Positions 12,247 through 25,448 of a stretch of DNA of 47,747 nucleotides are shown here, one piece after another. Made by a program: the position numbers and the translations under genes. Every line of letters starts with the position of its first letter. Position 1 is the first letter of the stretch. The stretch is from Chiloscyllium plagiosum (lineage: Eukaryota), in assembly GCF_004010195.1 (NCBI RefSeq), contig NC_057719.1:78728666-78776412 (forward strand). The letters are read 5' to 3'. Under the pieces are notes generated by a model. The model did no database searches, was not told the origin of the DNA, and was given only the letters and a program-made list of their open reading frames with translations.

Positions 12247-13214
12247 TTAGGAGGAGGCTGAGATGGATCACCCACTCAGCACATCTGACTGCAGATGTTT
12301 GAGTTATCCAGCTGTTCGATCAGCTATTAAAATGTCCAACACCTCCAGGGTAGGTATCCTGTGTATCGGCCCTCCATCCTGGATTCAGAGTTGGAGACAA
12401 TTGCAAGGGATCTTGGCAGCAAGGAATCAGCCCATTGGAATTCTAAGCATTTCCCAACAGAAGTTTAAATATCCTGAGCAGTCCTACCCATCTCGCAATG
12501 TCGCAATGTACATACAATTCTGTTAATCTGGAGAGTTGGGCCAAGGAACTGATTGTAGTTTGGAATACCAGCACGATATTGCTCACACCCATGATCGTTT
12601 GTGCAGGAATGGTACAGGTCCTTTCTGACATAGTGTAAATAGGTGTGTGCTACTCACATCTTCTGCTTGACATAAACAGTGTCTAATCAGTGTCTGAGGG
12701 CTATGCTTGCCAGCAGCTCCAAGCAAGTTCAAATCCTGCTAATCAGTAATTCAGACCAGCATTGTGTACTCAATTCAGCCTTTTCCTAGCAGGCGTGTCC
12801 TTATTAGCACAGTACTGAAAGACACCTGTTTTGACCTTTCCACCAAAATAATGCCCTTGATTTCATGCATTCGCTGTTTTGAAAATCTCTTTTCAGCTAA
12901 TCAGGCATTCTCGACATATGATAGGAAATGCATCTCCCTGTGATAAGGCTGTGATGAGCACCACAATCAACTTTGAATTTAATAGCTTTGACTTTGTGGC
13001 CCAGAGCTAAGTATTCACACCAACTCTGCAGCACTTGATTTAAAGCAAAAGTGGTTCATGAAATGAATTATTCATCCCCCCAAAGGAAGCTTTTCAAGTC
13101 ATTACTAACTGCTTCCATAGAGGGGTGGCAGTACAGATGAAACAAAGGCTGTTCACTTTTCAATTCCACCTTTTCTCAAGGAGATTTCACATTCGCGATG
13201 TGCACAATGTACAA

Positions 13215-13335
13215 CGAAACCAGGTTTCAGCTGTTTAGTCAGCTGCTCGACTGAGGTGTCCATGAAGATCCTAACCTCTCAAACTTTCCCTTTGTCTGAG
13301 GTGTGGTGACCCTTAGATTAAACAACCACCTGTCG

Positions 13336-13366
<31 letters not shown>

Positions 13367-13415
13367 ATAATGATAGAGTAACCCCATTCTCCTGAGGGAC
13401 TATGGAAACTTTGCC
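13215..13415 (+). mobile_element. tRNA-derived SINE (second family), body and 3' end with (CT)n
   Basis: ctgaggtgtccatgaag...tctcaaac...tgaggtgtggtgacccttagattaaacaaccacc is homologous to the minus-strand copy at 40930-41082. Confidence 0.6.
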
Positions 13416-13499
13416 TTTCCTACTTATCATTTAACAGCCTTTGCAATTGAGTAGCTTCCTGCACCTTGGAGATAGTGAGCTGACGCTGGAAAGTGAGAG

Positions 13500-13592
13500 T
13501 CAATAAAGTGTGGCGCTTGGAAAAAGCACAGAAGGTCAAGCAGCATCTGAGGAGCAGGGGAGTTGACGTTTCAGGTCAGAGGCTTTCATCAG
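13500..13592 (-). mobile_element. PLE terminus (family A) with decayed hammerhead
   Basis: ggaaaaagcacagaaggtcaagcagcatctgaggagcaggggagttgacgtttcaggtcagaggctttcatcag. Confidence 0.75.
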
Positions 13593-13759
13593 CACCCTCT
13601 CTGCACACTATCAAATGTTATTATAGTGTAATAAAGGATACCTTATATTCATTTAGCATTTTGCACACTCAAGGGACATTCCAAACAATGGGTTTCTTTT
13701 GCAGTGTTGTTTTTGTTAATTTACAAGAAAATGTGAGGCCTTGAAATGCAGATGTAGAT

Positions 13760-14510
13760 GATACAGGCCATAAAATCTGCACGGCCATTCATTATGATCG
13801 TGGCTTTCGCGTCATACCCTTTGATCCCTTCAGCCCAAATAACTATATTTTAACCCCTCCTTCGAACATTTCTAAGTTTTGGCCTCAATTGTTTTCTGTC
13901 ACAGAGACTTTGACAGGCTCAACATTCTCTGGGCGAAGAAATTTCTCCTTATCTCAATCCTAAATGGCCTACCCCACATCCTGAGGCTGTTACCACTTTC
14001 TGGTCATCAGAAATGGCACGGTGGCTCAGTTTTCAGCACTGCTGCCTCACGGCGCCAGGGAGCCAGGTTAGAAACCAGCCTCAGGTGATTATCTGTGTGG
14101 AGTTTGTACATTCTCATTGTGTCTGCATGGATTTCCTCCGGGTGCTCCGGTTTCCTCTCTCAGTCCAAAGATGTGCAGCTTAGGTGAATTGGCCTAGTTA
14201 AGTTGCCCATAGTGTTCAGGGATGTGTAGGTTAGGTGCAGTAGTCAGGAGAAATGTGTAATAGGGTAGGGGAATGGTCTGGGTGGGAAACTCTTCATTGG
14301 GTTGGTATGGACTTGTTGGGCCAAATGGCCTATTTCCACACTGTAGGGATTCTATGAAACATTTACCCTATCTAGTCCTGTTAGAATTTTATAGGTTTTT
14401 ATGCAGTCCTCCTTCGTGCTTCTAAATACCAGTGAATATTGTTCTTACTGATCTTCATAGATCAGTCCTGCCATCCCAGGAATCAGTCTGGTCAATCTTT
14501 GTTGCACTGG
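13760..14510 (-). mobile_element. CR1 LINE 3' fragment interrupted by HE1
   Basis: ggccattcattatgatcgtggct...gaagaaatttctccttatctcaatcctaaatggcct; resumes after 14357 (ttagaattttataggtt...ccatcccaggaatcagtctgg). Confidence 0.75.
14013..14357 (+). mobile_element. HE1-type V-SINE, full length
   Basis: tggcacggtggctcagttttcagcactgctgcctcacggcgccaggg ... tttccacactgtagggattctatga. Confidence 0.92.
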
Positions 14511-15651
14511 AATCTGAAACCAGCAGTCACATTACCACACTGGATTAGATCAGACTAGGTGATAGGTTGATGATTCTTGAATCCCTGACCTTGTGATTTT
14601 GAGGTTGTCTTGCTTTTGTGGATAATGGATTCTGAGGCAGGACAAGTAGGAAATAATATTCATTTTATCACAATAATGCAGGAAGTTTTGTTTGTTTGAA
14701 AAAGAAATCTGAAGTTTTTATTCCAAAGGGGAGTATCTGAGAGCTGAAATTCTCATAAAATTGTGGTTCCAAAACTTATGGAATTTATTGCTTTGTTCTA
14801 TGTAATTTTAAAGTACCTGTGTTGACAGTAAGTGAATGTAGTTAACACAAGGGAATATTTTGACATTTAGAAAATTATTATTTCTCCCTTGTCCTGAATC
14901 AAATCCAACCTTGATTGCTCAAACACATATTGAACTTTCTTAGTATCTTCTGGTTTCTCAACATTTTTTTGCTCCCTTTTGCTTTACGTATGCTCAAGCA
15001 GTAAACAGATTGTTCCTTTGTTTTAAAAGTCTGCAAATTGCCAAGTTTGAAAGAAGCAAAAATTGCCTCAATGATGCAGAACATGCAGAAAGAAAGCCGA
15101 CAGTTTTGGAAATGACAGTTGGCCAGAGCTCAACTCGACCTCAGAGTTGCTGCTCTTTCTCTTCTGATATGTGACAAAGTTGCTGCTTATTTCCAGCATT
15201 CTTTGGTAATTGATCTCTCCAAATTGCTTTGTCAGCTTCCAGTAAAATAATACACTGAACCTCTGGAGTGTCATTGGGAATAAGAAAAATGTACTCCACG
15301 GTAATAATCTTGGACTGAAATAGCACCAAGGGAATTCTTTAGATTGGGCTCAAGTATTTGAATCGGCCTGTACGAAGCAATGATCTAATGCATTATTTAT
15401 TGTCTATCACTTGACATTGTCATTAGAGGTTTGGGAGCCAGTGCATTCTGTTTTATATGAGTCAGAATATATTTCAATCATTCCCGGTAGCATCGTTGAT
15501 GCACTTCATCCATCTTCTCCATCAAGGCCAAAGAGGACTCCCTCTTATTTGGTTTTTACACTTTTCACTTGCCTGGAAGAGAGGTAGATCAGAATTCCAT
15601 CAGGAGTCAATGAGCCAGCTCGCCATTTAAACACTTGTACATGTGACATCG

Positions 15652-16145
15652 GATAGAGACATACAGCTGTAAAGCACTGAAGCAGACCCTTCGGTCCAAC
15701 CGGTCCATGCTGACCAGATATCCTAATTTAATCTAGTCCCATTTGCCACCATTTGGTCCATATCCCTCTAAACCCTTCCTTTTCATATATCCATCCAGAT
15801 GCCTTTTAAATGTTATAATTGTACCAGCCTCCACCACATCTTCTGGCAACTCATTCCATACACGTACCACCCTCTGTGTGAAAAAGTTGCCCCTTAGGTC
15901 AATTTTCCCCACTCACCTTGAACCTATACCCTCTATTTTTGGACTCCCATACTCTGGGGAAAAAATACCTTGTCTATTCACCCCATCCATGCCAGTCTTG
16001 ATTTTATAAACCTCAGCCTCCGACGCTCCAGGGAAAACAGCCCCAGCTTGTTCAGCCTCTTCCTAATTGCTCAAACTCTCCAACCCTGGCAACATCCTTG
16101 TAAATCTTGTCTGAACTCTTTCAAGTTTAACAACATCTTTCCTAG
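15652..16145 (-). mobile_element. CR1/HER1 LINE 3' fragment
   Basis: Minus ORF piece RKDVVKLERVQTRFTRMLPGLESLSN followed by the HER1 3' UTR. Confidence 0.9.
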
Positions 16146-19100
16146 ATAGTATACAGCTTGAACATATGAGCAGATAAAAGCACTTTTTTTTTAAGGGGTC
16201 TTCTTGAGATTTTCTGGATGACTGTTTTTTGATTTTCAGAGACTTCTTTTTGGTTTTCACCAACCCATTTATTAGTCATGTAGTAAAAATACCTGCTATA
16301 TTTTGGGATTCTCAGGGCAGCAGAGTTAGAAGGATTCCTCAACATCCTCAATAATTATCAACCCTCCATTAAACTTAAAGCCACCACACACAAGGAAAGT
16401 TTAATTTTCCTCAGCACCACAGTATTTCACTGAGCACAGTACAACAAGCATACATTAGAAACAACATTTTCTTCACATTAACAGGATAAACTTAGAAGTC
16501 GAAACACGCCTCTCATTGCGTGAAGTCACACTCATGTACTTTGTTGCGATTGTACAAAGTTGCAAGATTTTAACCATTCAATAACTACCCTTGTTGCTGT
16601 ATGTCAGATCTCAGTCTCAGATTTAAATTTAACAATTGACACAAACTACCATGCAAGAGCATTTTTGCCCAGATGGTAGCTCCTGAACATTTCCTACCTT
16701 CAGCTAAATATTCCACATTCTTTTTCAAGCAATGCATTAATTCACTGCATCAGTGAGTTCAGTTCTCTTGGGCTCCTAGCTAGTTGACTGTTCCTTTGTT
16801 GATAGATTTAATACTGTTTTCCCTCCTTTGTAGTCTTCCCCTCCCCCCCCACAACCGCCTCCCACCTTCCACATGCACAGCCTGCCTCTTCAGTCCTGCT
16901 CCCCCCTCCAAAATATGCAGCTTCCTGTCCCCTTGCTTTTCAGCGTCCCTCCATCTGGCATCCTTGTAGCCTTCCTCTTGCTCTTCATCCAGCTCTCCAC
17001 CCCATTGCCTCGCTTCCTTCTCTCACTTATCTGAAACTGACTCCATTCCCCCTTGTAGCCTCCTCTCCTCTGCACCCCATCATACTGGGAACTTCCTGAT
17101 GCTCCTCAGGAGAGGCCTGCGGCTTACCCCCTACCTCTGAAAACTGGCAGGCAGTACTCCCAAAAGGCTTGCCAGCTGCAAATAGGAGAGGACAGGCCTG
17201 TAACGGGAGGGCTAGCTCCTCGCCAAATCCATCTTTTGTATTTAGATGGACAACTTTACTCCCAGAGATCCCTGTATTTAGGAAGCTTTCAGCAGCAAAT
17301 TGACCCATCTCAAATATTGAGCGTGAGTGTGGACATAATGCAGGTAGAGATACTGTTGCTACCTGACACACATGCCAGATATTTTAAACAATAACAGAAA
17401 GTGCTGGAGAAACTCAGCTGGTCTGGCAGCATCTGTAGAGAGAGTATTTTTTTCTTGTTTTTATTTAAGTATTCTGCTGGATATTTCGTTCTGTTGTGAT
17501 GAATACCAGGCTGGGCTGTCTAACGAGTAATCAGTGTAAGGTTGGAGCTACTTATTATCCAGAAATGGAGACCGAGCTCATTAAAGATTGCAGTGTAGTT
17601 TATTATGAAGCTGTATTTTAAATGTGATAAATAAGCTATAGACAGGAAAAAGACTATGATCAGTGGCACGTGAGAATACTTACTGTCCTAGAGGACAAAG
17701 GAACTGATGAAGCTGGGTTGGGAGGAGATCGAGAGCTGGGGATGCAGCTCTGGTTCTCTCTATTTGAGTCTTCGCTTTTGTTCTCTTTCTCCTCCAGCTA
17801 CTGTAGTGTTAGGAAGTTCTCTCCCCCAATCTTCCTCCATCTGGCTAAGACTGTAGACTTCCTTTCCATGCACCTATTTACATAGTGGTGATGCTTAATG
17901 CAAGAAAGACGTTTGCAGTCTGAAGGCAGAATTGCAGTGTGACTTGCATCAAAACAGTTATATCTAGAGTAAGAAATCAGGTTAAAATGTACAAATAAGT
18001 AATGATTGCACAATAACAAAAATCGACCAAAAAAATTCAGCTGGGAACAGATCAAAATTGAATTAACATTAAATACAATTTCAAACATTTTTTTCTTTCC
18101 TATATTTATTTGTTCCTGAGGGCTGGTGACAAAGCCCATATCAATCATTTGCTCAATTCCATCGAATCAATTATTCAACTGGCCATCAGTTCGCTTCAAG
18201 AACATCTTTCAACTTGTCTCAATGTGGCAGGCATTTATTGCAACTGGCAAATTTAACGATAAGAGGGTTCAATACTCTATCCTCAAGTATGTCAACATGG
18301 AAACCTGAGTCGACAGACCATGACATGAGATGGTCGGTGTAGATGTGATGGGCCAAAGGACCTGTTTCAATGCTGTCTGATTCTGAGATCCTTGATGGCA
18401 CCATTCTCCTTCCAATTACCTTTGTACAATCTCTGTACCCTGGCTGCTGGGAACATTTCCTAAAAGGAGAAAGTGAAAGAGTGAAAGTGAGAGAGTGAAA
18501 GGAAAAGAGGAGTGACGTTTCGTAGAGTTCACAATTCCTGATTGTTGATTGTACAAGATTTCTTATGTTGATAGTGTCTGTTTTTGCACCATTCTTTGTG
18601 TTCTTAAAAAAAATCTCATTATGTTTTTATATGGAAATGATTATCACCTATCAAGATCCATTTGTAGTTTCCACTTTTGTACCAAATCACTAACATGAAT
18701 CTCACCCATCTTCCCTCATCTCTGCATCCCTCCATCAGGCGACCTGCCTCTTTACCGAAAGGTTGGGTGTCACAGATTTTAAGTCCCACACCTCAGTTAC
18801 TAGCTCCTTCATTTGAACAAAGTCATCCAAATGTTGCTGCAACTCTTCATTGTGATGCCGATAGCAATGCTGCAATGGGACTCTTTAATTCCGGTTTACT
18901 GAGAGGAAAATCAGCAAGGATTCCCAATGTCTGGGTGTCTTAGCGGAAGTGCAATGTTCTGGTCATGGGCTGTGGCGTGGATTGCGCTGAGTATAGTTGA
19001 GCAAAACCTATGGACAGGGGACATTGAGAAATGGTGAAGTGTATCCCGGCAGGAACTCCTCAACTTTCGCAGACGGAGAAGGACAAATTGAACTATGGTT

Positions 19101-19737
19101 TTAAACAGACCAAGTCTTGGGTTGAATAAGAGCTGAGTTGATGAATATGCTGCAGTTTGAGGAGAAGGAAGGTAGAATAAAGTGAAGGTGTAGAACTAAA
19201 TGAACAATAAGCCAACAGCCAAGTCAGAAATCGTCACCCCCTTCTACTGGCCTTGCTTTTCACTGTTGTTCCTTTCACTATTCCTGAGTGGGGAAGCGTC
19301 AGAATTTGAGTTATTTTAGAACCTGATCTGTGAATCTTTGCTTTATATGTAATTTACAAACATTTACAAGCTGTGCTCGATTGCTCAGATTTCTGAGTGT
19401 CCCTGTAGTGAGACTGATAAATTAATCCCGCCAACAAAATAGGAAAACACATTTGCGTAATTATTTTCTTTGCACAAAAGCCTGGCCAAATGCTAGGCCG
19501 GAGGAGGCAGGTAATGAGTCTGAATATCAGAAAGTGTGACAGATGGGGAAACATTGAACACAATCCAAAATTATGAAATATGGTACCACTGAGAGAGGTT
19601 CCACAGAGCATAACTAACAAATACCATGATGGAACAATCAGCAAACCAAATGGCCAATAATTCATGATACCACATGAAAAAAGAAAGAATAAAGCATAAT
19701 GCTGCCTGAAACTGGGAAGGTGCTGTCATAACCCCAA

Positions 19738-20288
19738 TAGAATTAGAATCTCAGATTAGCTTTATTGTCACATGTACTCAAATGAGTACATTGATCAGTT
19801 TACAACTTGCCACTTACGGCACAATCTTAGATACAAAGGTCTCTAGGTATAGATTCTTCAGTACAAGTTCTTAGTGGAAGAAAATAGAAAAATAAAAAAG
19901 AAAAAAGAATTTCCAGCATTACAGATTGTAGGAATAAATTAAAATAACAGTCCCTTTAACCTAATCCATGTCAGCACCTAGCCTCTAGTCTGCGCTGGGC
20001 CTTGACTCTAGACCACACCGGGCTTCATCTCTAGGCTTGAAGCCAGGAGATTGGTCTTGAATCATCTTGAGACCGGAAGGCCATGCTGAGGCAAGGCCGG
20101 GCTGAGACACTGCTGCTGGGACACCATCACGCCGGGCTGGAACACTGCCGCACCAGGCCAAGAGATCACGACACTGAGTCCGTACTGAGGCCGGGAATCA
20201 GAGTCCACCCTGAGGCCGGGAGGAAAATGAACACATAAGACAAAAAACCTACGGAACAGACACGTTATGGCTGAGGACTCCAGCATGG
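19738..20288 (-). mobile_element. Putative non-autonomous retroposon with Rex/L2-like 3' terminus
   Basis: The minus strand ends gtacatgtgacaataaagctaatc plus (ttcta)n; its GC-rich 5' part has ctgaggccggga subrepeats and no credible ORF. Confidence 0.5.
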
Positions 20289-20740
20289 ATTTTTTTTTTA
20301 AATAAAATTGAAAAACTTGAAAAAAAAAATGGAGAATTCTCTAAAAGACTGAAGCCATGGGATTCCATGGTTTAAAACAAAGGATTTTTAATATACAGGA
20401 GTCAAACAAAATGAACCTCAAATATAGTCTTCGATAACCTCCTCTTCTCTAACATTCAGATTCAACCTACCTTAACATGAATAAACAACGAATTGTGGTT
20501 GATTGTAAATTATAAATGACAAATTGAATGGAGCATACAATTAATACAGATCTGACACTTTGGTCCAGTGGTCCACAAGTGTGGGTGGTCAAACATGGGC
20601 AGAAAGATCTTTAAAACTTTGTCTTCCCCACAAAGAATTTCAGTTCCTCTCCTCCTGGGAGAGGGTCTAATCCCAAAATCAAGTTGTAAAATCAACCTGA
20701 GAGCCCCATTGGAGCAGAACCAGCAATGTTTTCATCAAGT

Positions 20741-21043
20741 GGGCAGCACGGTGGCACAGTGGTCAGCACTGCTGCCTCGCAGCGCCAGAGACCCGGGTTC
20801 AATTCCCGCCTCGGGCGACTGTCTGTGTGGAGTTTGTACATTCTCCCCAAGTCTGCGTGGGTTTCCTCCGGGTGCTCCAGTTTCCTCCCACAGTCCAAAG
20901 ATGTGCAGGTGAGGTGAATTGGCCAAGCTAAAGTGCCCGTAGTGTTAGTTGAAGGGGTAAATGTATGGGTGGGTTGCGCTTCGGCGGGTCGGTGTGGACT
21001 TGTTGGGCCGAAGGGCCTGTTTCCACACTGTAAAGTAATCTAA
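20741..21043 (+). mobile_element. Young HE1-type V-SINE
   Basis: A box tggcacagtgg at 20752-20762, B box ggttcaattcc at 20796-20806, many CpGs retained, tail gtttccacactgtaaagtaatctaa. Confidence 0.95.
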
Positions 21044-21187
21044 AAAAAGTAACTAAATCAACTGCAGAACACATTTTTACCTTGAGGGTCTGGGTTCTGT
21101 CTTCTTCACCATTCCTGTACAGTACCACTGGATCCATCGCCTGCTACAACCCAAATTACATAGCTCTGCACCCCTTTACATAGGCGT

Positions 21188-21365
21188 AAGTGAGGACTGC
21201 AGATTCCCGAAACGTCGACTCTCCTGCTCCTCGGATGCTGCCTGACCGACCGTGGTTTTCAGTGGAGCTGAGTCCATGAAAAGGTCAGCCATGATCTTAT
21301 GGAATGGCGTAACAGGCTCAAGTGGCCAGATGGCCTACTCCTGCTCCTAGTTCTCATGTCCTTAT
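21188..21365 (+). mobile_element. Family-A PLE terminus fragment abutting a CR1 3' end
   Basis: aagtgaggactgcaga (inverted tip) then cccgaaacgtcgactctcctgctcctcggatgctgcctgacc, followed by tcagccatgatcttatggaatggcg...tggcctactcctgctcctagttctcatg. Confidence 0.7.
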
Positions 21366-22889
21366 GAAACCTGCTTTCCAAAGCTCAGTCTCAGTTCTTA
21401 TTTCCTTTGAAACTGGGAAGTTCTATTTCTCTTTTTTTTAAATTTCTGTTTTCAGCATTTTGGGGTTTGCCTAATAATACGGACTTCAAAAGTCCAGCTT
21501 TCATCACAATGGGTATTATTCATCTAATGGCATATATTAAATAACTAGGGACAGTAGTTTACTTCAATTCATTAGAATTCATTAATGCGCTTTAATTAAT
21601 TTCCTAGAAACAGCAAATGCTTGTTGCGAGTGACTTGAACATTGTAATTAAAATAATAATTTTGAAGATTAATTAGACAAGAGATTTGAATTAGGGTATT
21701 ACGATATTGAAGGTACAGAAGAAGTGTTTGAGCAAATGTTGATGAACCTGATGACTACAGAGGAACCGTCTTTGCTGTGGCTTTGAAAAGGGAGGAAAGA
21801 TGATGGAATGGAAATAGCTGGCATGTAAGGGAAGAGGGTGAAATTTTAATACCTGGAGTGGCCAATTTCAAGAACTCACTTGGTGCGGAACCTCGCAGCT
21901 TGGTGGAGAATGGCAAGCAGGAGGCTGAGCGGCTCACTAATCGAGTCCGGGAAGGGAAGGCCTTACGGGCTGCCATCACACCCAGAGGGCAATTGGGTAG
22001 CCACTTATGAGCCACTTAAGAGGTTCCTTCTACCATCACTCATCCAGGGGATTCACTATTGCAAGACTACTGAACCAATCCTGTCAAGTTGGTTTGCCAG
22101 TAGGGTCCAGGGATATGAGTGGAACTGAAAGAATGAGACTCCACAAAAATGCCGCTGTTACACTTTGCAAATCCTGCTGGTGAACAAAGAAAAACTCGAC
22201 CCTGTCTGTTCTCCTATGCCTCATCCAGACCAAAGTGGTTCTCCTGGCAAAATTCCAACAATAAACCACTCATTTTTTTTTAACCTGGTGCATCCTCTGA
22301 TTTCCAATAGTGTGGAATGGCAGAGCACTGCTCTCTCTAAGTGAAGTCTTCAGGGAATTTGAGAAAAATACGGAATATAGTGTTTGTGAAACCCTGATTA
22401 ACATGTAACCACGTCACCTTCCAGTGTGTTTCACCAGCCCTTTCCCAAAGCAGTTTATCACTGGCAACAAGTGAATGATGGAAGCTAACTGTTGATTTAA
22501 ATGGTACTCAAAATCATCAGCAGTGACTCATAGATTCCTCTCAGCTGGTCGCTGTTGGAGGAGGTCAGTAATTGCAACATTAGACTGCAAAATGATGTGA
22601 AGCCGTTTTAATGAGCAAAAGCAGGCAGTTAAGGCTGTCAACCAAAGCCTTAATGAGTCTCAGGTCAGCTGTTTCTAGCACGTGCTCCAAATCCTTTTGC
22701 AAGAGGTTGTTTCTTCCACTAAACCTGGCCCAATCTACTGTTACAGCTCATTATCCCAGTTTGGCCACCTCACCAGATCTTTAATAACTCAAATCTCTGG
22801 GCAAAAGTGACTCACCGCCTCTGCTCCCCGCTGTAATTTTTAAATTTGTCTTCATTTTTCTCAAACCCTTTTTCCACCTGAGTTATGGC

Positions 22890-23710
22890 ACCATACAGCA
22901 CGGAAACAGAACCTTCAGCTGAACCAGTCCATGCCAACCATAACCCCAAACTAAACTATTCCCACCTGCCGGCACCTGGCCCATTTCTTATTCATGTACT
23001 TATCTAAGTATCTTTTAGACTTTGTAACTGTACCCACGTCCACCACTTCCTCTAGAAGTTCATTCCACAGACAAACCAGTCCCTGTGTCAAAAACAATGC
23101 CTGTTGTGTTTTTGTTAAAATTCTTTCTCTTAAAAAAGTAGTGAGATTCCCCACCCGAAGGAGAAGACACCTGATATTCACGTTATCTATAGCTCTCAGG
23201 ATTTTATAAACCTCTATATGGTCACTCCTCAACCTCCTTACGCTCTACTGGAAAAAAGAGTCCCTGACTATCCAACCTCTCCTTATAACTCAAACCTTCC
23301 ATTCCTGGTAACATCCTGGTAAATCTATTCTGAACCCTCTCCAGCTTATAATATCCTTCCTATAACAGGATGACTAGAACTGGACACAGTATTCCAGAAG
23401 AGACTTCACCAATGCCCTCTACAACCTCAGCATAACTTCTCAACTCCTATACTCAAAAGGTTTGAGAAATGGAGGCAAGCGTGCTAAATGCCTTCTTAAC
23501 CACCCTATCTGTATGTTATGCAAACTTCAAAACCCCTAGATCTCTCTGTTTTACAACACCTCCTAAGGCCTTACTTTGAATTATAATTGCCTTTCTTTGT
23601 TTTACCAAAGTGCAATACCTCGTATTGATCCAAATTAAACTCCGTTTGCCACGCTTCCGCTCATTGATCCGATTGATCGACTTCTCTTTGTAATCTTAAA
23701 TAATCTTTTG
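22890..23710 (-). mobile_element. CR1/HER1-related LINE 3' fragment
   Basis: Minus translation RSDHIEVYKILRAIDNVN...LWNELLEEVVDVGTVTKSKRYLDKYMN. Confidence 0.85.
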
Positions 23711-24417
23711 GTTTACCGAAGACTCAGGTGAGGATTTGAGTGGGCTAGGCTACACGAGGATGCAGTTAGGTGTACACAGCCCTGATGGTCAATGTCAAGG
23801 TGCACGGAGGAGGCATGCTTTAACGGGAAACACAACAGAGTCAGAAGCCCACCCTCTCCAGACTGAAACTGGTGGCTAACCGCACTGTGGGTCTGGCTGT
23901 GACAGAGTGTCTGATAGATAATGTATTGACTTGCATTGCAGCATAAGTTGGAGGTTAGATTGCAATAGTGCAACCTCAACCTGCTCAGATTGCTACTTCA
24001 TGGCTTTGGATAGGAGTGGTTAAAGGGAGGTGCAGGGTGTCGCACTGTGTGCTGTCAGTCTTCCAGCCAGCCCAGACTGATGCAGCCAATGCCAAGACAC
24101 TGCAGTCTGTAGTCAGACCTTCATGATCAAGTACTGTTCAAAGTCATCCTGTGAGAACACCTACAGCTTCTCCCACTGAAAGTCAGCAGCCGTGCTGCAG
24201 TCACTGGGACAGCACTGTGTGGGAGAACAGGGACAGGCACAAAAGGAATTCACATGGATGAATAATTCATTTTTAAAAGCAATACAGATTAAGTTTTTAG
24301 TTTGGTTTTGAATGTTTATTTTGTGGTGGCTTTTTATTTATTGCATTTTGGCCAAGCAGATACTGTGATGGTCAGTAATAGAGTAGAGGGAGTGGACTAT
24401 TGATCAATGATACAATA

Positions 24418-24835
24418 CATGAACTTACAAATTAGGAGCACTAGTGGTCCATTCAGCCCTCCCAGCCTGTTCTGCCATTCGATAAGATCATGCTTGATGT
24501 GTCTATGTTTCAAATTCCACGTTCTCATCCAATTCCAATTACCTTGGATTAGATTAGATTAGATTCACTACAGTATGGAAACAGGCCTTTTGGCCCAACA
24601 AGTCCACACCGACCCTCAGAAGAGTAACCCACCCAGACCCATTTCCCTCTGTCTACACAGTCTCTGTCTGACAAGAACCTCTCCACCTCTGCCTGAAAAC
24701 TGTCCTTTGGAACTCTCTGCTGCAGAAAGCAGTGAAGGTATCTAAGTCGCACAATCCTCTGAGAGAATAAAACTGCATCTCTGTCCTACAGAGACAAATC
24801 CCTGATTTCACAACAATGTCCCCTAGTTCTGGATT
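24418..24835 (-). mobile_element. CR1 3' end interrupted by an HE1 3' fragment (about 24547-24650)
   Basis: ccattcagccctcccagcctgttctgccattcgataagatcatg; the insert starts (gatta)n cactacagtatggaaacaggcc. Confidence 0.75.
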
Positions 24836-25448
24836 CACTCACAGCCAACTTGTCAAGGTTTTATCAACTTCAAGTATTGACTCTGTCTTTGGCTCCTCAC
24901 TTCAGGGAGAGGAATGTCTGTACAGCACAGTGGGTAGCTATGACATTCTGCGAAGAGCTCCCCGCCCCCACCCCCTGCCCCTTAGCAGTGTGTCCCGCTC
25001 CCTGTCACTTTTGCACTTTCACTCTGTCTGCCTACAGCCCAAGGGGTGAGGGGTGGGGAGTGCATAAAACTGCACTCACTTCTGGGAGGATGTGGTTTGT
25101 GCAGAATCCTTCAAGTCGGGTGAAAGTCCTGCCAAAACACTCTGTGTAGACTCTAAAATTCACCAGAAGACATCAAAAATCACAGGAGGCAGCAACTGCA
25201 CAGAACAGCAACTAACCCAAAAGCAGTAGCTGACCCCTTTACAGAGCAGTGGTTGGTGGGAATGGGGCTTTTTGCTGTTTTATACATAGGAGGTTAAGAG
25301 AAGTCGTCAACTGGGGCATGGAGTTACAAAATGGCAGCTGTAACATCAAAATCACTGATTGACATCAAGATCTGCCTGTAACGTATACTTCCAAAAGGTG
25401 TTAAGTAATCGAAATGATGTCCTGCATGTTGACACTATTGTAAAACCT

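Noticed and set aside
16784..17371. GC-richer ORFs including 17027-17371 on the minus strand
   Set aside because: No recognisable domain or splice context; probably a decayed repeat. The same holds for 1-480, 21755-22128 and 23713-24240.
20741..20812. tRNA gene
   Set aside because: A and B boxes are present but run directly into the V-SINE body; this is a SINE head.
20568..20926. Overlapping ORFs such as MVAQWLALL/HGGTVVSTAAS (also near 5100, 8750, 10250 and 35535)
   Set aside because: Chance translations of non-coding HE1 SINEs.
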